A stretch of 33,229 nt of DNA from Dimargaris cristalligena (taxonomy: Eukaryota), in NCBI GenBank assembly GCA_003614675.1, contig ML002412.1, positions 1 to 33,229 of the forward strand. The letters run 5' to 3'. The translations under genes and the position numbers were made by a program. The notes beneath the pieces were generated by a model. It was not told the origin of the DNA. It was given only the letters and a program-made list of their open reading frames with translations, and did no database searches. Positions within the stretch are counted from its first letter, which is position 1, and each line of letters begins with the position of its first letter. Below are positions 25,948-33,229 of the stretch, in pieces.

Positions 25948-26370
25948 TCAAACCAGCCGGAAGGTTTCGTTGCTAATATAATAAGAGCCGGGCGTTTGTG
26001 GGTTTGGAGTCAGGATAAAGGTATGGTTAAAGGTTTGTAGGTCCGTATTTGGGAGGAATTGGACGGTGCCGGACACTTGTACAATAATGTTGGGCAGAGT
26101 CCCCGGCTGCAGCGGGGCATTCCAGGCGGCGATGGGCTGGGCGTCATAGGTCTCGATCTCGTGTTTGGTGGCGGAGAGTGTGGCCAGAATGCCGGCTAAG
26201 AATTGGTCGAAGCCTTGGAACCCCTGCCCGTTCCAGACAATTAAGGAGTTGGGGGTGTAGAAGCGGGCAGCCGAGGCCTTTGCAGTGTCGAGAGTGTGGT
26301 AATAAAGCTCCACGAAGTCGTGGACGCGGGTATTAGCGTCTTCGGACAGCGTTTGCTTGGGATCAGCCAT
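25948..26370 (-). CDS. NXT1: NTF2-related export protein Nxt1/p15, single exon, 140 aa
   Basis: ORF 26370-25948 with FVELYYHTLD, RFYTPNSLIVWNGQ, TKHEIETYDAQP, IIVQVSGTVQF, FNHTFILT, YYISNETFRLV. This is an NTF2 fold with the Nxt-type WNG and DAQP motifs. Confidence 0.85.
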   Translation of the reverse strand: MADPKQTLSEDANTRVHDFVELYYHTLDTAKASAARFYTPNSLIVWNGQGFQGFDQFLAGILATLSATKHEIETYDAQPIAAWNAPLQPGTLPNIIVQVSGTVQFLPNTDLQTFNHTFILTPNPQTPGSYYISNETFRLV

Positions 26371-26920
26371 GGGGCACTGTGTAAAGGCGGCTCAAAAGAA
26401 GCAGCGAAATGGAAACAAGGCGAAGAGACAGTATCCTGGAAATGGAACGGATGATTTGGGCAAAGGAACGGAGTACCAAGAGAGGCGCAACCATGAACCT
26501 TGGCGCGCACCCCCCGACTTGATGTGTTGAGGGATTCTTTGAGCGAGCGCGTTGTTCCTCCCCACCCACCCACTCTTACTTTATCCTTCAGCCTTAGGGA
26601 ACCGCAACTCCCACCCTCACAACAACTTACCTTCCTTTGTTAGTGGTAGACTACTGCATACAACCTTTGTCATTACCAGGCGCTCATTGCTAAAACGCTG
26701 TTCTAATAATTCCCTGTTTAGTTCCATTTCCCTTCTCTCTACTTACCGCGCAACCTAATACTCGTCCTAACCCAATTTCCCTTGTCCCTTGTAAAACTTT
26801 ACCTAATCGGCTGCTGTAGCCTTGTTCCTGCGTACCCGAGGTATAGGGCTCCCACGTCTCACTCGCGACCGCCCCCTCCATTCGACCGACCCCCAACCTG
26901 CCGTCCACATACCCGTTAGA

Positions 26921-29900
26921 ATGACTCCGTTACCTGCAACGGTGGCCACCCCTTCCATTAAGAAGGAGGTGTTATGTGTCATTGTTCTGGAGGACTCGGA
27001 GCAGATCGCACAAGTGTTTAACGCTGTCTACCAGACCTACCTCGATCCCATCATCCGCTACCTCCGAACGCCCATGTTAAATTCCCCGGCCCAGGGTGGC
27101 CCAGGCAATACCAAAATGACTGTAAGTAGTCTACGGGCAGTCTCTCTCACCCTCTTTCTCTTTCTAAACACATACACATACACACACACGCATATATATA
27201 TATTATACGCCCTTGCCAGTCTGGTGGGCGTTGATATTGTAGAATGCGGCGGTTTTCGGTGAAGTGTACTAAGTTTAATTCTGCTACCTGGACCCTTATC
27301 CTTAATAGCCCCTAGTACGGTTAGGGCTCGTCTACTACCGGAATAACGCCCGCGGAAGCAGCACCTGCGTCGATCGAACCTCGTTTATCAGCGACTACCG
27401 GCTATACCGAAAAATAATCACACAGCACCAATTTGCCCCCGGAACGGCCCCATTATATGCAGTTACTGAAGGTCTAGTTGGGGCACTGGAAGTAAGTTGA
27501 CCATCCGGCGTGTAATGCATTTCCCCATTAATAGTAGATGTCCCTCCCTTACCTCCGGAGCACCTCGGCCACGTTACGGGTAAGGGGAACAACGACCCCA
27601 TGGAACCTAACCCTCGCGTACGCGCCACTCCTCTAACCACTGAATTGAGCATCATTTTGATTTCTCTCTTTGATTTATTGACCAACGGCCCACTAGTTAT
27701 TTGATGCCTATCAGTCAAGTTACGGGTCCGACGTCCGGCATACGGTACAGCACTGTATTGTGGTGGGATCCACGCCCTTTTGCCCCGAAGCAGTGCGCAA
27801 CAATATCTCCACTCGGTACGATGACTTTACTCTAGCCAGAGTTCTCGACACTATGAAGACCAGTCGCGTCAAACTATCCGTAATTTCACCACTAGGTCCA
27901 GCCTCACCCGCTCTGTTGTCGCTAGCCGTCCAGGTAAGACCATACCCCCCCCTCCGTATATAATATCACACTAATCCACTTATGGGCATTGCTTCTGATC
28001 CACACCGCAGACTATACCGTACTTACTCCCTGTTCCACCGCGCAGCAGCCACTATTGCCCCTCTTTCTAACTGCAGCGCGTTTGTATGGCTACTTTATAT
28101 CATGCTTCATTGATTATCCGATTTGCCGTCGCCACTGTTCTCTTCTTCGCATGTAGGCGGCCGAAAATCCCGACTCCATAGTAGATGTAACCAAAGGGCC
28201 GGATCACAAGCTAGTGGCTAAATTGGCCGGATTCACGCCACCTTCCTTGGAGGTCCCTAAAGATATACCGGAATCGGCTGCTTCGAAAGCCCAGCTCCGA
28301 GCCGTACCCCCGAGTGCGGTCGAAAACACATCCGCCCCTATCGCTGAACATACGCCACCTGCTAAGAAGAAGTCCAAGATTGATACATCACCTGCTAATC
28401 ATCCGTCACCACTTAGCATCGCCCTCCCTACTTCACCTGCTCGGGGGCCTAGTGGGGACCTCCGTTCACCAACCCAAGCGGGGTCAGTCCGAAAGTCTGG
28501 TAAGGCCAAGGGAAATGATGCCGTCAAAACTCCGAAACTCAAGGGAAAGGCTAAGCCCAAGTCCACTGCGGTTTCCTCGCCGGGGACCATGGGGCTTGAG
28601 CTATCTCCGGGCTTCTCGGCTGGCTTGGCCCCATCCCTGGCTAGCCCCATCATGGTCCCACCAGTACCGTCGGTCCACGCCTCTGGCTCCCTCCTCTCCG
28701 ACGGTTCACCATCTTTTGGCCAGTCTGGTTTACGGGAAGGTACCACTAAGCTGGCTGAGCGTCTTAGTGTATCCAACGCCAATCAACTCGAACGCCAGCA
28801 GTTGGCTGAATACGAAAAGCGTCAGCAGGATACTAAACGGCATATGGAGTCATTGCAAAAGAAGGCCGCGGCTGAGCTATTGACCCAGCCTCGGCCTCCC
28901 CCGACGGCCTCTAACCCTGGTTCGGTGGCCCTTAACCCAGCCATCATGGGCCGGCCAATGGCAGGGAATGTCTCCTATGGTATGGCAGTATCCCAACCGA
29001 TGCTAACCACGGGGATCCGCCCGCCCACGGCCCCGACCAGCGATACCACCAACGCCAATTTCCAGTTGGCTCAGCAGCAATTCGCTAACCGAGGCAACCC
29101 CCCTTTTGCGATCCCAGCGGGTATGACGCCAAGCCAACTCCAGTCCGCGCTTTTACTTAACCACGGCCCGTTAACGGGACCTCAACTGCAGGCCTTGATC
29201 GCAAGTGGGGCGGTTACAGGCCATAACGCGGCACCCGTGGGCGCCGGTACCTCCCGGGGCGCGCTCTGGACGGGAAATCTGATTTGGTCGGCCAAAGATC
29301 GTAAAACCACTAAATTCTTCCGGCACCACGCCAAGGTTAGCGCTATTCCCGGCACCATGGCCATTCGCCAATCGATGCGGCAGAAGCTGCAAATAACCGA
29401 GCCAGACCCGCTGGCGGCGGCCCAACTTCCTCCAGCCGCGTCCCCATTTTCGCTGGAGCACTTCCACTTGGATAAGTGGTCGGTGGACCTGGAATCGTCG
29501 ACTTTGGTGAACCTGGACCAAGATAATTTGCTTCGATTCCTACTCGACCATAACATACCCTATGTCGAATTTACGCTGTTACCCGAACAAAATGACCCAA
29601 CGGTCAATTCGAATTTCAACTCGCTGATTAGTAGCCTCTCTTCCAAACTGATGGTAAGTACGAATAGAGCTATGAGTACTACGCTTTTGCTTTACGGTGG
29701 GGTTTACTCTACCCTCGGTTGGTGGGATCAGTAATGGATATATATATATATATATCATAAGTAATATCTATTATTTGGATTGGGGACCTGGGAAGTTGGG
29801 AAAACCATTTCCCATGCCTCTGTACAATAGGATCCACCGTTTGGGGTCGTCCCACCACTTCCGAGTTTCCGGGCAATTAACGGATCCGCCACTGTTATTT

Positions 29901-31162
29901 TCTTATATGTATATCTTATTGCAATAATGGGGATTGCCCAATGCCGCTGTGGCCCGGACTTCTTGAAGGGTGCTTTTATACCGTTCGGATCCCAAACGGC
30001 CGACGCTAATCAACAATTGCTAAACCCGGGAATGCTTCTAATATACCATGAGAAATTACTTGGAGTACTCTCAGTAGCCCCGGTATTACCCAGTCACCTA
30101 CTTAGACTACCTGGTGCAGTGGGACCGCCCCAAGCCGCCATGGGAACGCAGGCGGCCCACTCGCCGCTGGCCCTGGGCGGGCCTAACCTACCGGCCAACA
30201 TCATATCGCACCTTTTCGCAGCACAAAGAGGGAACCCGCTGGCGGGCGGAAACCGACCGCCGCTGGTCAATAATCCGGCCGGAGTGGGTCAACCGGCAAC
30301 CCATCTGGGCAATCCGTTGATGCAGTCGCCCCTGGTTAATCAACAGGCTCCGGCGAATGGGGGGATGAGTCTGGCCCAGATTGGGCTGTACCGACAGGCA
30401 CATGCCTCGGCATTGGGAAGCGGAGCGGCCCATAGTGGCATCAGTGGGGCGAACCTCAACAGTGCCGTGTCCTCAGCGGCGGCCACCCGTGGTCTGTTGG
30501 CGGCGGGGACGGCGCTGCAGGGCAGTCCGATAGCCCGTCCCGTAGCCGCGCAACCAACCCATAACCAACTGATGCACCAGCAGGCCGCGGCACTCCGGGC
30601 CGGTCGACCGCCCCCCAATATGGACCCTAGCACTGGTATGCTAGGTCAGGGCATGTCGGGCGGAACGCGGGCCGAAATGATGGAACGGCTCCTTATGGCG
30701 CAACGGGCTACTAACGCAGGGGCGGGAGTTATGGCGGGCAATGTCAACCTCGGACAACTTGGCGGCAACCCGGCCACCACCCAACAGATTGCCAATTTGC
30801 TTCGACCGAGTAATTTGGTTAATCATGGGGCGGGATTGTCGGCGGCATTGATGCAGCAGACCAATGCTGTAGCTGGCGGCAATAACCTACTAAACAATCC
30901 CCGAATGGCGGTGGGTGGTCAACTACCCCAGCTCACCCTCCAGCAACAATTGATGCTGGCCCAGGTACAAAATAACCAGCAGTTGAATGCCCTGTTATCA
31001 GCGAATAGTGCCAACATGTTCCTCAACGCAGCGAGGCCCAACAACGCACCAATGGGGGGAGTCCGGCCCAACAGGCCCGGGATGATCTCCCCACAGGCCT
31101 ACGAACTGATGCGGCACCGCCTCCAAGGGGCCAACCAGCCTCGACCTCCGAACCCATTTTAG
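26921..31162 (+). CDS. MED25: Mediator subunit MED25-like (vWA domain + low-complexity linker + ACID/PTOV-like domain + Q/N/G-rich tail), 5 exons, about 1103 aa
   Basis: Exons 26921-27121, 27309-27491, 27697-27933, 28157-29653, 29969-31162 (3312 nt). vWA-like part: VLCVIVLEDS...YQTYLDPIIRYL, RLGLVYY, AVTEGLVGALELFD, QHCIVVGSTP, VKLSVISP. ACID-like part: ALWTGNLIW...DKWSVDL...FNSLISSLSSKLMGAFIPF...MLLIYHEKLLGVL. The last acceptor is an AAG at 29966-29968. Confidence 0.75.
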
Positions 31163-32383
31163 TAGAGGGGGGGGAGGTCCATGACGTCGTCGCGTGGTTT
31201 GCGTTCCGGAATTAACTAACAACCCTGTTCGTTCCCCCCCATTGTATTTTTCATATTATTGATTTAAAACATTACACTTACAATTATATACATAAGCATT
31301 GACCTTACTTACACCAATATAATAAAACCCCTGTAGAATCCCATAGGCTATTTTTTAAATCCGGCAGCTGGGCGGGGGCCATATCCGGCAGAAGCACGGG
31401 TGGGGGGGATGTTCAATTATAATAATAACAATAATCGTAGAGGTGAATGGGTAATATATACAGAGTACCACAGCCAATTCCGCAGGCAGAAGGTGGCCCA
31501 ATGGTGGACGGCAAACATATAAGCAGGATCGGCAACGAACCGCCCAATGGGGAAACCTAGTGAAGAGGCGCCAATCCATTAGTATTCATTATTAGCCGTT
31601 CGCCCTGCTACCAACCAACCGCAGGAGGAGAGGACCTCTTCTCCTATCTGACAATCAGATAGAGGGGGGCTACATAAGGAATTCACCCGATTCAGCCAGC
31701 GTCTGTCTGTCTTGTGCTTTTCTCGGGACCGGCGGCCGTTCCACACTGTGCCTGCCCCCTCTCTCCCCACCGGGCCGGTTCAACCCGCTGCCCCTTCCCA
31801 CTGGCCCCTCTCCGTTCGGTGTAACCCCAACGCTTCCCGTTTCGGCCTCTGGATTGGCCTAACCACCAGCCTCCGTTGTTGGCTCGCTGCCAATCAGCTT
31901 CCGCGAGCGACGGGTCTTGTGTGGGCTATCCTCCTCATTCTCTCCCTCCGTCTCGGGACTGGGGGGATGGAAGAGAGACCCCGAGGCAGCGAATAAAACC
32001 CCTCCCGGGGTGATTATCTGATGGCCACCCGGGAGGCGGGATGTTCGTGTGGGTTAATATGGATGGGACACCATTTCATTACCGGGATGGCATGTTTTCC
32101 GGCCCGTCTCTTTATTATTATAATTAGTAGTAGCAATAGTAGTAGTATTGGCAGTATCCGGTCGGCCATTTACCACAATCAATCATAATAGCCATAGGAA
32201 CTGGTCCCCCAGGAAAGCCGTGAGAGGACGCGTCATACGACGGCGGGAGCGGAAGCCCGGAACAACAAAAGGAAGGCGGAGGAGATCACGAGTGGGACAG
32301 TGAAAGGAGTGAGGCGGCGGCGGCGGCCGAAGCCCGAAGTAGCGCTCCCCGGTTGGCCTTGGGATATGTGGGCCAGCTGCGAG

Positions 32384-32443
32384 ATTGGTCGAGTCGGCCT
32401 CCAGCGTGTGCCAATCGCCGCGGCACTCGGAAAGAGGGCCAAT
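32384..32443 (+). promoter_or_regulatory. Cluster of three CCAAT boxes upstream of the Zn2Cys6 gene
   Basis: ATTGG 32384-32388, CCAAT 32411-32415 and CCAAT 32439-32443, spaced 27-28 bp apart, about 300 bp upstream of the ATG. Confidence 0.35.
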
Positions 32444-32733
32444 CCCGCCGGCCCAGGTAAGGTTCCACACGCTCTGCCTATCTTTATTCCTCGCTCACTC
32501 ACACTGCCCACTCACTCGCCCCACCGAAAAGGACTTCTTGCATATCGGCGCAGACCAACGCCGATAAAAACCGCGCGAGGCCCGCCCCCGCCACGGCCCG
32601 GTTCGCTTCCCGCTGATTTTACTACTTAATTTCTTCTTCCTTACCGGATACATCTCCGAGCGCTTGTTCTTCTTGCTACCACCGTCTCCTTTAAATACTA
32701 TACCCCTGGGGTGATTTAGTTTTCTCTACCACC

Positions 32734-33186
32734 ATGGACCCCTCCTATCCGCGGCCCACTCCGGCCGTTGGAAGCCCGCTCGCTGCCCCCGTCGCCCCGT
32801 ACCCCCCGCGCCCCATGGCTACCTCGCCCCTTCTGGTGGACCCGCAGCGCCGGAAACGCCAGACCCAGGCGTGCGAATACTGTCGCCAAAAGAAAATCAA
32901 GTGCAACAGTGATAAGCCCACCTGTGACAACTGCAGAAAGCGCAGCCTCGTCTGCAGCTACGCCAGCGGCCAAGCCAAGCGCGGCCACCGGCAGGGGTAC
33001 ATTGAAAAACTCGAGCGTCGCCTCGAAAACATGGAGCGGCTCATTGAACCCCTGAAACCCTCCGACGAGGTGTCCGCCACTCCCCCGAAACGCCGCCGCG
33101 CCGACTCGGGGCCCCACGCCGCCTCGGATCACCGGCCCGCTCCCACCTCAACAACAGCAGCAACGATATTACCTCCCCCCCTATAA
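32734..33186 (+). CDS. Zn(II)2Cys6 (Gal4-type) fungal transcription factor, 150 aa as read; C-terminus uncertain
   Basis: RKRQTQACEYCRQKKIKCNSDKPTCDNCRKRSLVCSY fits C-x2-C-x6-C-x6-C-x2-C-x6-C. It is followed by the linker KRGHRQGY and dimerisation coil IEKLERRLENMERLI. Start context ACCACCATGG. Confidence 0.92.
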   Translation: MDPSYPRPTPAVGSPLAAPVAPYPPRPMATSPLLVDPQRRKRQTQACEYCRQKKIKCNSDKPTCDNCRKRSLVCSYASGQAKRGHRQGYIEKLERRLENMERLIEPLKPSDEVSATPPKRRRADSGPHAASDHRPAPTSTTAATILPPPL

Positions 33187-33229
33187 AGCAAAATAAATAA
33201 ATATATAAAGTTATAGCACTAACTAAACA

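Noticed and set aside
29927-31162. 411-aa ORF as a separate gene
   Set aside because: It splices in frame to the upstream MED25 exon (donor GTAAGT at 29654) and completes the ACID-like domain.

Overview
Gene-dense, intron-rich eukaryotic DNA. The Zn2Cys6 factor marks it as fungal; genes the model yeasts lack (HROB, MED25, WD40-bearing ATG16) suggest an early-diverging, non-Dikarya lineage (inference). I assembled 13 protein-coding genes by hand from GT-AG splice sites, and all exon sums are divisible by 3: SEC4/Rab8 (-), TRS23 (+), HOP2 (-), a mitochondrial-type rhodanese (-), ATG16 with a WD40 propeller (-), YPT7/Rab7 (-), NDUFA12 (-), a 9-exon protein of unknown function (+), TRM7 (-), HROB/MCM8IP (+), NXT1 (-), MED25 (+) and a short Zn2Cys6 transcription factor (+). 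Most ORFs in the supplied track are exon fragments or antisense shadows. I found no tRNA, rRNA, transposon or CRISPR array. The most notable items are the animal/plant-type HROB, MED25 and ATG16L1-like genes, the uncharacterised spliced gene, and two intergenic segments that can fold into stem-loops. All family assignments come from motif recognition; no database search was run.
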